A DNA stretch of 64,000 nucleotides from Bacillota bacterium (GTDB taxonomy: Bacteria; Bacillota_I; Bacilli_A; RF39; UBA660): NCBI GenBank assembly GCA_021771185.1, contig JAETPN010000001.1:107008-171007 (forward strand). The letters run 5' to 3'. The position numbers and the translations under genes were made by a program. Under the pieces are notes generated by a model. The model ran no database searches. It was not told the DNA's origin and was given only the letters and a program-made list of their open reading frames with translations. Below, piece by piece: positions 28,360-37,931 of this stretch (its first letter is position 1; every line of letters begins with the position of its first letter).

Positions 28360-30424
28360 CTTGAATTATTTTTCCATTTCTTAGTTGAATTTTCCGATCA
28401 AATAAGTCTAGATTATCAAAACGATGTGAAACAATAATAAAGGTCTTATCTTTATAATGATCAAACATGTTCTTTAATATACGCCGTTCTAAATTCGTAT
28501 CCATTTGGCTAAATCCTTCATCAATAAGAATAAAATGTGCAGGACAGAGCAAATGACGAGCTAAAAGAATTCGTTGTTTTTCCCCTCCTGATAAGTTAAA
28601 TCCATCCTCTTCAATAAACATTTGATATCCTAAAGGATTTTTAGAAACAATTTTATCTACTTCACAAAGTTGAATCACTTGTTTTAAAGTTTCTTCCTCA
28701 TAATCACGTCCCATAACAATATTATCCATCAATGTTGTTGTAAAAAGTAATTCCTTTTGTGAAAGATATGATAGATTCCCTTTTAACGCACTGGAATGAA
28801 AATGATGAATAGAAATATTATTAAATAAAATTTGTCCACTTGAAGGCTCATAATAATTCATGAATAATTTTAATAAGGTACTTTTTCCTGAGCCACTAGA
28901 ACCCATTAATAAAATGTGTTCACCATGGTGAATAGATAAAGAAATATCGCTTAAAATCCTTTTTTGGTAACGAAGATAAGTGACCTTTTTTAAACGAATA
29001 TGGGTTAAAGTCAGTTGATTAAATGACGTTTCTTTTTTCTGTTCTATAAAAAGATCTAATAATCGTTCTAATGAAGTTTCAGCATCTTTCAATTCCAATT
29101 CCAGTTGTATCATATGATCAAGTGGATCAAAAATAAATGAAATAAGGGATTGAGATAAAAAAATACTACCAATAGATAATTTTTGTTGATAAATCAAATA
29201 CACTTGGCCTCCTAAAATGCCACAATAGGCAAGATTTTTTATCAACGATATCACAAAATCTTTGATATGAAACTTTTTTTCTAAACTAAAGTTTGTTTGT
29301 ACAACAGAAAGTAATGCTTGTTCTAATTTAGCTTGTTGTTGGTCTTCCAAAAATAAACCTTTCGTACTTTCCATTCCTAAAATATTTTCTGTTATAAAAG
29401 AGGATAAGTGACTTTGATCTTGTTTTAAAATATAAAGTTGTTTTTTCAACCAAGGTTGAAAGCAAAAATGAAATGTAAAGTATAAAAGAACTGTAATCAA
29501 TACACTTATACCTAACGTTTGGTGAATCATGAATAAAAAGAAAATGGAAATAATACAAAGCAAACTATCAACAAATAAAACTAATATAAAATCAATAAAC
29601 GTATTTTTTAATCGTATCATATCATTGATTCGATTCATAATATCCCCTGTTGTTTTGTTACGATAATAGATATAAGGAAGATGAAGCAAGTGTTCAAAAG
29701 TTTCTAAAAATAAGCGAACGTTCATTTTGCGATTCAGATAAGAAATTAAATGATTGCGACAAAAATGACTAATATCACGAAAAGTATATAAAATGATAAA
29801 GAATAGAATCAAACAATATAATAAATAGGACTCCCGGTGTTTTGACAAGAATTCAACCATAAGTTTTAAGTAAAAGGAAGTCCCAATTGAAAGGAGTGTA
29901 ATTGCTAAAGATAAAAAGAATAACTGCCAAATCATTTTTCTATCTGTTAAAATATAATTTAAAAAGAACGATAAAACATGTTTTTCTTTATGAAAATCAA
30001 TTTTTTTCTGAGGATAAAATAATAATAAAACTTTTGACCATTGCTTTTCAAAACTAGAAAAAGAAGCTTTTGTGAATCCCTTTGCAGGATCAGCAATCCA
30101 TACTACTTTTTTAGAAAATGATATTTTATAAATTACAACATAGTGTCCACCACATTCAACATTTATATGAGCTATACAGGGTGTAAACACCTCATGTTTC
30201 ATCTTTAACATATTTTCACAAGCTACTCCTCGTGCATTAAATCCAATTTCTTTTCCAGCTTCAATTAATTGATATGCTGTTACACCTTTTTCTGTTGTAT
30301 GTGTTAATTTTTGTAGTTCTCTTAAACTATAATTGCCATGATAATATCGAATAATCATTAACAAGCAACAGATTCCACATTCCTTTTGATCGTGTTGACG
30401 TACCAACGGAAATTTTTGAAACAC
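28346..30424 (-). CDS. Peptidase-containing ABC transporter (C39 + TMD + ABC)
   Basis: QHDQKECG, GHYVV, IADPA; GSSGSGKST, LSGGE, ILIDE, SHR. Confidence 0.95.
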   Translation of the reverse strand: MFQKFPLVRQHDQKECGICCLLMIIRYYHGNYSLRELQKLTHTTEKGVTAYQLIEAGKEIGFNARGVACENMLKMKHEVFTPCIAHINVECGGHYVVIYKISFSKKVVWIADPAKGFTKASFSSFEKQWSKVLLLFYPQKKIDFHKEKHVLSFFLNYILTDRKMIWQLFFLSLAITLLSIGTSFYLKLMVEFLSKHRESYLLYCLILFFIILYTFRDISHFCRNHLISYLNRKMNVRLFLETFEHLLHLPYIYYRNKTTGDIMNRINDMIRLKNTFIDFILVLFVDSLLCIISIFFLFMIHQTLGISVLITVLLYFTFHFCFQPWLKKQLYILKQDQSHLSSFITENILGMESTKGLFLEDQQQAKLEQALLSVVQTNFSLEKKFHIKDFVISLIKNLAYCGILGGQVYLIYQQKLSIGSIFLSQSLISFIFDPLDHMIQLELELKDAETSLERLLDLFIEQKKETSFNQLTLTHIRLKKVTYLRYQKRILSDISLSIHHGEHILLMGSSGSGKSTLLKLFMNYYEPSSGQILFNNISIHHFHSSALKGNLSYLSQKELLFTTTLMDNIVMGRDYEEETLKQVIQLCEVDKIVSKNPLGYQMFIEEDGFNLSGGEKQRILLARHLLCPAHFILIDEGFSQMDTNLERRILKNMFDHYKDKTFIIVSHRFDNLDLFDRKIQLRNGKIIQDVSK

Positions 30425-30530
30425 TTATTCACCTCCTCACTAAATATATACCTCATAACTTTCCCATTTCCTTCTTTTTTTTATTATTTTATAAAAAAAA
30501 ACATCTATTTTTGATGTTTCTTTTCTGCTT

Positions 30531-31067
30531 TTACTTTTTATAAATGCGAATCCACTTATCCCCATATCTTTTTTCCTTGATACAAACAAGATCAATATCA
30601 AAAGTTTCACGTTCATATTCACAAATAATTCTACCATCTTCTTTTAATAAATCATATGCTAAAATTTTAGAAAGTGCTGGTTGAATCAAATTTTTATCAT
30701 ATGGTGGATCTAGAAAAATAAGATCATATTTTTTCTGTTGTTTACAAAAAAGTTTCAAAGCCTGTTCATAATCCATTTGTAAAAATTCAGTTTCTTCTTT
30801 AATTTGTAATTTTTCTTTGTTTTTACGAAGTGCCGAAAGTACTTTAGGATTACGATCAACAAAAGTACAAGTTTTAGCGCCTTGACTTAGTGCTTCAAAT
30901 CCTAAGGATCCACTTCCAGCAAATAAGTCTAAGCAAACACTTCCCTGAACTTTTTGTTGAATCATCGCAAACACAGATTCTTTTACCCTATCCATCGTTG
31001 GTCTTGTACCATCAATATCAAATCCTTGTAAACTTTTTCCTTTATATTTTCCACTAATAATACGCAT
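30531..31067 (-). CDS. rsmD: 16S rRNA m2G966 methyltransferase
   Basis: MRIISGKYKG, TRPTMDRVKE, LDLFAGSGSLG, FLDPPY. Confidence 0.95.
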   Translation of the reverse strand: MRIISGKYKGKSLQGFDIDGTRPTMDRVKESVFAMIQQKVQGSVCLDLFAGSGSLGFEALSQGAKTCTFVDRNPKVLSALRKNKEKLQIKEETEFLQMDYEQALKLFCKQQKKYDLIFLDPPYDKNLIQPALSKILAYDLLKEDGRIICEYERETFDIDLVCIKEKRYGDKWIRIYKK

Positions 31068-31071
31068 TTTT

Positions 31072-31150
31072 TTACTCTCCTTGTATAAGAACGGGGAACT
31101 TGTCCATAATATAAATGTGGCAGATGCCACGCCACATATTTACTCCCCTT
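31072..31150 (-). promoter_or_regulatory. ylbH-leader-like element with 21-aa uORF upstream of rsmD
   Basis: AAAGGGGAG RBS, ATGTGGC/GCCACAT hairpin, uORF MWRGICHIYIMDKFPVLIQGE; rsmD is the ylbH ortholog. Confidence 0.55.
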
Positions 31151-31198
31151 TACAAAGTCCTCAACTTGAGGATTTTTTCTTATTACTATTGTATCATA

Positions 31199-31420
31199 TT
31201 ATTTAAAAGATGACATTAATGTTTGTAACATTTCAACGGTTTCTAACATTCTACTTATTTTATCAGCTGGTCTTAAATGATATTGTTCTTTGACCTCTTC
31301 TTCAAATTCACGAAAAGCTTGGGGTTCCCGATTTAAAATTTTATACCAATAAGAGTGTTCTCTAATATATCGTTGATAATGTGCATTATTTTTAATACGA
31401 AATTGAATGTCTAAAGTCAT
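31199..31420 (-). CDS. YlbE-like protein
   Basis: RYIREHSYWYKILNREP...DKISRM; follows ylbD-like gene. Confidence 0.82.
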   Translation of the reverse strand: MTLDIQFRIKNNAHYQRYIREHSYWYKILNREPQAFREFEEEVKEQYHLRPADKISRMLETVEMLQTLMSSFK

Positions 31421-31791
31421 TAATCCTCAAAATGTTTATACAACGGTCTTGGTTTATATTCTTCTTTTTTTGTTGAGGAACTGGTTGTTCCAAAATCTTG
31501 TAATACACCTAATACACGTTGTAAACTACTCACTCCATTTTGCACACTATCTAAATCTATATTTTTAACAAAATTCATTAAATCACCAAACGTATTTGGT
31601 GTACTTGTTGTAGCTTTCGCTGCTGCAATAGTAGGAACTACCGTTAAATAATCTTTCCATGCTTCCTCTGATTCTCCATATAAATCATATATTTCATAGA
31701 ATTTTTGCCATGACATTTCTCCATTTTTTATATATTTTAAAAGTCCTGGATGTTCTTTTACAAAAAGTTTAAATTTTTCTTTTGTATCCAT
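31420..31791 (-). CDS. YlbD-like spore coat protein
   Basis: FKLFVKEHP...SWQKFYEIYDLYGE...IDLDSVQ. Confidence 0.82.
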   Translation of the reverse strand: MDTKEKFKLFVKEHPGLLKYIKNGEMSWQKFYEIYDLYGESEEAWKDYLTVVPTIAAAKATTSTPNTFGDLMNFVKNIDLDSVQNGVSSLQRVLGVLQDFGTTSSSTKKEEYKPRPLYKHFED

Positions 31792-31869
31792 GATAACCAC
31801 CTACTTTATTATATGAAAAAAGATATAAATGTTCACAAAAAAACTAAAATAGATCAAATTCTCTCTATT

Positions 31870-32070
31870 TTAGTTTTCTTTCATATGAATTAAATCTTTT
31901 GAAATTTCTTCTAATGCTCGCCCAATATTTTTCTTCGAAGCATACTCATCTTCTTTTAATTGATAGTGTTTTGTATGTTCCATTTCCTTTGCGCGAGCCG
32001 CTGCAACATTGACAAGTAAATATTTTGATCCTACTTGTGTCAATAGTTTATCAATTGATGGGTAAATCAT
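31870..32070 (-). CDS. rpoZ: RNA polymerase omega subunit
   Basis: MIYPSIDKLL...SKYLLVNVAAARA...ALEEI. Confidence 0.93.
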   Translation of the reverse strand: MIYPSIDKLLTQVGSKYLLVNVAAARAKEMEHTKHYQLKEDEYASKKNIGRALEEISKDLIHMKEN

Positions 32071-32145
32071 TTTTATCACTCCCTATTATAATAGTATAAT
32101 ATATCCCATTCTGTTGCAAGACATTCGTATTTTTTTGACAATACT

Positions 32146-33426
32146 TTACAAATCGCTAAAAGTTTCAAGAACTAGAGGATTTGGTTCTACAAAATGTTCC
32201 TGGATAGTAAAACATGATAAAATTTCCTCAATACTGATATCTTTTTGTCCAACAAAAACTTGAACTAATTCTTCTGCTTCCACAACAAATTCTCCAACTT
32301 TCTTGAATATTTTTAATCCAACCGTTGAATCAATCACATCATCTTTTTGATATCTTCCAGCACCCAGTTTGCGTGCAATTTCTCCTAGTTTTTCAGTATC
32401 AATCTTCGAAATAACACCAGATGTTTTTGACTTAATTGAAATTACATTTTTAGAAATTTCTATTTTTGAAAGATCTCCCTTTTGCATGCGAATAAATTCT
32501 TCAAATTTTTGTACAGCCTGACCAGAAGTTAATACTTGTTGTACTTCTTTTTTAGCTTCATTAAATGAAATATTCTTTCCTAGACGAACCATATGGATCG
32601 CTAAATAAATCACTAATTCTGTAATATCCTTTGGACCATTTCCTTTTAATACATTAAGGCTTTCCTCTACTTCTAATGAATTTCCAATAGCACACCCTAA
32701 TGGTTCATCCATATTAGTTAGAATACACACAACTTTTTTTTGATGTTTCTTTCCAATATGAATCATTAACTTGGCTAATGTTTCTGCATCCTCTTTTGTT
32801 TTCATTAAGGCACCATTACCAACTTTAACATCAATCACAAAAGCATCTGCGCCACTCGCTAATTTTTTACTCATAATACTAGAGGCAATTAATGGAATGG
32901 ATTCTACGGTACCTGTAACATCTCTTAGTGCATACATCATTTTATCTGCAGGAACTAACTGTTCATTCCCACTAGCTACAGAAATACCAATCGTTTCAAT
33001 ATTTTTTATAAATTCTGGAAAGGAAAGATTGGTTTGAAAACCTGGAATAGACTCTAATTTATCAATAGTTCCACCAGTAAAACCTAAGCCACGGCCACTC
33101 ATTTTGGCCACTGGTATACCACAAGCAGCCACAATAGGCGCTAAAATTAAAGTTGTCTTATCACCTACTCCACCTGTAGAATGTTTATCTACTTTAATCC
33201 CAGGAATAGAAGATAAATTCATGGTCTTTCCACTATGTAACATTGCACTTGTTAAATAGACTGTTTCTTCTTCTGTCATTCCATTTAAAGTAATGGCCAT
33301 TAAAAGCGCACTCATTTGATAATCTGGAATTTCTTTTGCAACATAATTTTTAATTACAAAATCAATCTCTTCTTTAGTTAAAATTTCTTTCTTTCTTTTT
33401 TTATTAATAATATCCACTATATTCAT
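32146..33426 (-). CDS. pdp: Pyrimidine-nucleoside/thymidine phosphorylase
   Basis: VDKHSTGGVGDKT, KMSGRGLGFTGGTIDKLESIPG, SSIMSKK. Confidence 0.95.
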   Translation of the reverse strand: MNIVDIINKKRKKEILTKEEIDFVIKNYVAKEIPDYQMSALLMAITLNGMTEEETVYLTSAMLHSGKTMNLSSIPGIKVDKHSTGGVGDKTTLILAPIVAACGIPVAKMSGRGLGFTGGTIDKLESIPGFQTNLSFPEFIKNIETIGISVASGNEQLVPADKMMYALRDVTGTVESIPLIASSIMSKKLASGADAFVIDVKVGNGALMKTKEDAETLAKLMIHIGKKHQKKVVCILTNMDEPLGCAIGNSLEVEESLNVLKGNGPKDITELVIYLAIHMVRLGKNISFNEAKKEVQQVLTSGQAVQKFEEFIRMQKGDLSKIEISKNVISIKSKTSGVISKIDTEKLGEIARKLGAGRYQKDDVIDSTVGLKIFKKVGEFVVEAEELVQVFVGQKDISIEEILSCFTIQEHFVEPNPLVLETFSDL

Positions 33427-33518
33427 AAGACACCCCTCTACCTTAATTAGTATACCATGCTTTTTCATAAAAAAGAACCTCTATTTTCTTTAATAGAAAA
33501 CTAGAGGTCAAATTTACA

Positions 33519-34967
33519 TTATTCTGCTTTTACTGTTATTGTTCCATAAGTTCCTGTTACAGCAGCTGGAACACCTTTTCCTTTTCTAGTAATATCATAC
33601 CAATCAAAAGCACGTCCTGTTTTGTTAATAATCGTTGTTAAGTTTGGATTATTATAAAGCGCTATAGCTCCAATCTTTGTCACATTTTGTGGTATTTCTA
33701 TTTGTGTTAATTGATTATTTGAAAATGCATCATATTCAATACTTGTTAAACTAACTGGTAAGCTTACACTAGCTAATTGATTATCAGAAAATGCAGTATC
33801 GCCAATACTTGTTACACCTTCAGGAATTTCTATACTAACTAATTTATTTTTAAAAAAAGTGCCATTATCAATAGTTGTTAAATTTTTTGATAAAATAACA
33901 CTATTTAACTGATTGGTTGCAAAAGCTCGATATTCTATACTAGTTACGCTGTCTGGTATAACAACACTCGTTAATAAATTATTAGCAAAAGCATCAGACC
34001 CAATACTTACTACACTATTTGGTATAACAAGCTCTGTTAATTTATTATACGCAAATGCATTAGAGCCAATAGTCTTTACAGAATCAGGTATGACTATACT
34101 TGTTAATTGATTATTTTGAAATGCAAAATAATTAATACTTGTAAGATTCGCTGGAAGTTCTACACTAGTTAATTGATTATTTGCGAAAGCATAATCTTCA
34201 ATCTTCGTTACACTATTAGGTATCTTTACACTTTCTAAACTACTATAATTGAACGCAGATCCTTCAATAGTTGTTACACCATTTGGTATAACAACACTTG
34301 TGATATTCTTATCTGCTAGTGCATTTTCTCCAATGGAAGTAACTTTTATACTGTTAATTTCACTTGGAATAACTACTTCTTTATCTTCACAAGTATAACC
34401 TGTGATGGTTCCTTGATCATTGATTGTAAAACAAGATGCTGGTGTAATAATATTTCCATCGCCCTGTTGTTCATAATTTAATTTTAAAGTTAGGCTTTTA
34501 CTGGTCGTTGGAATGGTGGTTGCACTTACCTTCCATACAACCTTTACTTGAAATGTTTTTTCTTCTCCAGCATTTAGGGGATCTCCCTCTTTAATTCCGT
34601 CAATAGAATAAATGATATCTACAGGCTCTTTTTCATTGCTTTCATCTAGTCCTGTGATACTTGTAAGTATAGCATCAATGCTTCCTTTGTTTTCTACCGT
34701 TACATCGTAAACAGCGCTAGAACCAGGTTTCTTTAAATCAACCGTAAAATTCGCTGTCGTTGAACCAATCCCACCAGTAGTTATTGTTTTAGAATTTACC
34801 ATCGTTCCTTCTTCAATCTTCGTAAATTCAATTTTAAAATCACCCACAACAGAAGAAGTCCCATTAATTTGTAATAACTGCGTTAAAACAGAATATCCCA
34901 AAGCAATCGCAACAATTAAAAAACATATCATCGCAATGGTTACTTTTTTATTTTTGAAAATTTCCAT
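33519..34967 (-). CDS. Surface protein: TasA/camelysin-like N-domain + long BspA-type LRR
   Basis: Paralog of 26347..27300; LKKPGSS...VENKGSIDA; tandem 22-aa LRRs. Confidence 0.88.
   Translation of the reverse strand: MEIFKNKKVTIAMICFLIVAIALGYSVLTQLLQINGTSSVVGDFKIEFTKIEEGTMVNSKTITTGGIGSTTANFTVDLKKPGSSAVYDVTVENKGSIDAILTSITGLDESNEKEPVDIIYSIDGIKEGDPLNAGEEKTFQVKVVWKVSATTIPTTSKSLTLKLNYEQQGDGNIITPASCFTINDQGTITGYTCEDKEVVIPSEINSIKVTSIGENALADKNITSVVIPNGVTTIEGSAFNYSSLESVKIPNSVTKIEDYAFANNQLTSVELPANLTSINYFAFQNNQLTSIVIPDSVKTIGSNAFAYNKLTELVIPNSVVSIGSDAFANNLLTSVVIPDSVTSIEYRAFATNQLNSVILSKNLTTIDNGTFFKNKLVSIEIPEGVTSIGDTAFSDNQLASVSLPVSLTSIEYDAFSNNQLTQIEIPQNVTKIGAIALYNNPNLTTIINKTGRAFDWYDITRKGKGVPAAVTGTYGTITVKAE
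33640..34380 (-). repeat. Tandem ~66-bp BspA LRR coding repeats (about 11 units)
   Basis: Repeated LTSvxIPxSVTSIgxxAFxxNx units. Confidence 0.8.
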
Positions 34968-35048
34968 TTGATCATACTCCTATTCTATATTAATTATAAA
35001 CCTTATTCCGTGTTTGTCAATTATAAAAAAGAATAGATTGCTCTATTC

Positions 35049-35405
35049 TTAAAAATTAATTTTACGATTAATAACATCAATAACTCTTTTTGGATCTTCA
35101 CAAAATTTATGATATAACATAGGATTCTTTTTTAATTCCTGAATAATATTAATATCTTCTTTGGAGAGTTTTGTCGTATAAGACTCATCCTCTTCACAAA
35201 TGACTCTTACATCATTTCCTAAAGCATAATCTGATGTCATACCTAAAATTTCAATTAATTTATTAAATGTCTCTAACGATGGTGTTCTTGTACCCTTTTC
35301 ATATCCACATACGGATACTTTAGATACATGTAATAAATCGCCTAATTCTTGTTGCGAAAGTCCTCTTTTTAATCTTTCCTCTTTAATACGTTGTCCAAAT
35401 AGCAT
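35049..35405 (-). CDS. XRE-family repressor (CI/ImmR-like)
   Basis: RLKRGLSQQELGDLLHVSKVSVCGYEKGTRTP. Confidence 0.9.
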   Translation of the reverse strand: MLFGQRIKEERLKRGLSQQELGDLLHVSKVSVCGYEKGTRTPSLETFNKLIEILGMTSDYALGNDVRVICEEDESYTTKLSKEDINIIQELKKNPMLYHKFCEDPKRVIDVINRKINF

Positions 35406-35417
35406 ATAACACCTCCG

Positions 35418-35512
35418 TTATCTATCTGTTAATATTATAACAATATTACACGGTTGATTTACAAAATTAACTAAAAAGTAACTTTTATTTCTTGAAATTA
35501 ACTGCCAGTTAA
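35418..35512. promoter_or_regulatory. Three TTAAC-N5-GTTAA operator-like sites between divergent XRE genes
   Basis: TTATCTATCTGTTAA (35418), TTAACTAAAAAGTAA (35467), perfect TTAACTGCCAGTTAA (35498) inside TTGAAA-17-TATAAT. Confidence 0.65.
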
Positions 35513-35540
35513 TATATAATAGTTTTAGAAGGTGAATCTG

Positions 35541-35738
35541 ATGACAAAATTAAGAGAAATACGTTTACGAACAAATTTAAGTTGTAATGATATGAGTAAA
35601 AGGTTGCATATCAGTAAAACACATTATTGGCAAATTGAGCAAAAAAGAAGAAGATTATATTATGATATGGCTCTACGTATTTCCGCTATTTTTGGAATCA
35701 AACCAGATTCACTATTCTATGAAGATTATCACCGTTAA
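35541..35738 (+). CDS. XRE-family HTH regulator (Cro-like)
   Basis: MSKRLHISKTHYWQIEQKRRR; similar to 17623..17850. Confidence 0.85.
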   Translation: MTKLREIRLRTNLSCNDMSKRLHISKTHYWQIEQKRRRLYYDMALRISAIFGIKPDSLFYEDYHR

Positions 35739-36061
35739 TCTTCTTTTCTTTTGTTCGATAAAAAATTTACTTTTTCAGCAATAACTTCCATTACATAACG
35801 TTTTTTTTCTTCCTCTTCGATCATTCTGGAATGCAATCTTCCTTTTACAGCTAGCAAATCTCCCTTATGACAATAATTTACTGTATTTTCGGCAATTCCT
35901 TTCCAAAGAACACAACTAATAAAGTCTGATTCATATTCTCCATCTGTATTTTTATATCCCCTTGGAACCGCTAAGGTAATCGCTGTGACTTTGTTTCCTT
36001 TTTCTGTTTCTCTTAATTCAGGATCACGGACTAAACGTCCTACAACAACCGATTGATTCAT
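35735..36061 (-). CDS. ssb: Single-stranded DNA-binding protein (short, SsbB-like)
   Basis: MNQSVVVGRLVRDPELR, DFISCVLW, KGDLLAVKGRL; no DDLPF tail. Confidence 0.9.
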   Translation of the reverse strand: MNQSVVVGRLVRDPELRETEKGNKVTAITLAVPRGYKNTDGEYESDFISCVLWKGIAENTVNYCHKGDLLAVKGRLHSRMIEEEEKKRYVMEVIAEKVNFLSNKRKED

Positions 36062-36218
36062 ATTTTCCCTCCTTTCTGCCATCACTATAACGAAATGATG
36101 AAAGGAATGCAAACGCAACTTTTTATAAATTGTCACGAAAAAAAGAACAGATTTTACAAATTTAAAAAGGAGATTCCGCAAATTGGTATCTCCTTTTCTT
36201 CAGTTTTATAAAATCTGA

Positions 36219-36536
36219 CTATTTACAATTTAATTTATATTCTGTTTTTTGAATATCTGTCGAATTCTTTTTTAAGGTAAAAATAATTTTTGATGAAGAA
36301 GTACATCCCTTTAACTTTGATAAATCATAGGATGCAGCCTCTCTTTTGTTTGCCTCTTCTAACATGTCAATGGTTATTTCAACCGCATCGTTTCCTTCGG
36401 CATAATCTTTCATAAATTTTTTGTAATAATCTGATCCATAGTCTTTCATGATAGATTGTTTGTTATTTGAAGTACATCCACATCCACTTAACAAAAATAC
36501 ACCAACACAACTTATGATAATAAATCCCTTTTTCAT
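36219..36536 (-). CDS. Hypothetical lipoprotein
   Basis: Lipobox LSGC. Confidence 0.7.
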   Translation of the reverse strand: MKKGFIIISCVGVFLLSGCGCTSNNKQSIMKDYGSDYYKKFMKDYAEGNDAVEITIDMLEEANKREAASYDLSKLKGCTSSSKIIFTLKKNSTDIQKTEYKLNCK

Positions 36537-36549
36537 TTTTCCACCCTCT

Positions 36550-37866
36550 TTAAAAATAATTTTTCATTAACGCATTTAACTCTACAGCATATTCCATAGG
36601 AAGTTCTTCTCGGAATCGATCTAAAAAGCCCATAATTAATAATTCTTTGGCTTTCTCTAAATCTAAACCTCTACTCATTAAATAAAATAACTTATCTTGA
36701 CTAATTTTAGATACTGTTGCTTCATGATTTAATACAGAAGTTTCATTTTCCACAATATTTTTAGGAATAGTGTCACTTTTTGATGTTTTATCTAATATTA
36801 TTGTATCACATTTTATCGTACTTTTTGAATGTTTTGCTTTTTTTGAGATTCTAACCGTTCCTCGATAAGAAGCATTTCCTCCACCACCAGCGATGGATTT
36901 ACTAATAATACTGCTTTCTGTATGAGGAGCTAAATGAATCATTTTGGCACCCGTATCTTGAATCTGATTCGTGTTTGCAACAGCAACGGAAACACAATTT
37001 CCTTTGGCATATTCACCCGTTAAAATACAAGCTGGATATTTCATATTTACTTTTGAGCCAATATTTCCATCAATCCACTCCATCAATCCATAATCTTCAA
37101 CTTGTGCACGTTTTGTTACTAAATTATAAACGTTTCCTGCCCAATTTTGGATCGTTGTGTAACGACATTTTGCATGTTTCCCAACATAGATTTCAACCAC
37201 CGCCGCATGAAGGGAATCCGTGGTATACGTTGGTGCCGTACAACCTTCCATATAATGAAGTTCACTACCCTCATCAACAATAATTAACGTACGCTCAAAT
37301 TGGCCCATATTTTTTGAATTGATACGGAAATAACTTTGTAAAGGTCTTTCAATCTTTGTATGAGGCGGAACATAAATAAACGTTCCTCCACTCCACACAG
37401 CTCCATTTAACGCCGTATATTTATTTTCATCATATTTCACTAGTTGATTAAAATATTTCTTAAAAAGTTTTGGATATTTTTTTAATGCGGTATCTGTATC
37501 ACAAAAAATAACGTTCTTTTCTTCTAATTCTTGTAACATATGATGATAAATGACTTCACTCTCATACTGAGCTCCTACACCAGCCAAATATTTTTGTTCT
37601 GCCTCTGGTAAGCCAATTTTATCAAAAGTATCCTTCACATCCTTTGGCACATCTTCCCAACGATGTTCTACTTTATCCCCTACTTTTTTATAATAATGGA
37701 TTTCATCAAAATCAATATTTAATTCTGGACCAAATGTTGGATTAGAAAGTTTCTGAAAAGTATGATAAGATTGAATGCGAAATTCACGCATCCAATCAGG
37801 TTCTTGTTTGATATTTGAAATTTCTTTTACAACATCTTCACTAATTCCTATTTCTTGTACTTTCAT
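36550..37866 (-). CDS. sufB: Fe-S cluster assembly protein SufB
   Basis: GVGAQYESE, WSGGTFIYVP, GQFERTLII, YMEGCTAP, HEATVSKI. Confidence 0.96.
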   Translation of the reverse strand: MKVQEIGISEDVVKEISNIKQEPDWMREFRIQSYHTFQKLSNPTFGPELNIDFDEIHYYKKVGDKVEHRWEDVPKDVKDTFDKIGLPEAEQKYLAGVGAQYESEVIYHHMLQELEEKNVIFCDTDTALKKYPKLFKKYFNQLVKYDENKYTALNGAVWSGGTFIYVPPHTKIERPLQSYFRINSKNMGQFERTLIIVDEGSELHYMEGCTAPTYTTDSLHAAVVEIYVGKHAKCRYTTIQNWAGNVYNLVTKRAQVEDYGLMEWIDGNIGSKVNMKYPACILTGEYAKGNCVSVAVANTNQIQDTGAKMIHLAPHTESSIISKSIAGGGGNASYRGTVRISKKAKHSKSTIKCDTIILDKTSKSDTIPKNIVENETSVLNHEATVSKISQDKLFYLMSRGLDLEKAKELLIMGFLDRFREELPMEYAVELNALMKNYF

Positions 37867-37931
37867 AGAATCACCATAAAATTATTATACTAAAATTTTA
37901 GAAAAATAAAAAGGAATTCAATCAAATTCCT

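Noticed and set aside
31085-31160. yybP-ykoY (Mn) riboswitch suggested by AAAGGGGAGTA
   Set aside because: Remaining conserved elements are missing and the downstream gene is rsmD; better explained as an RBS plus ylbH-like leader
33640-34380. CRISPR array or DGR-like repeats
   Set aside because: Repeats are degenerate in-frame LRR codons without spacers; no cas or reverse transcriptase gene in the window
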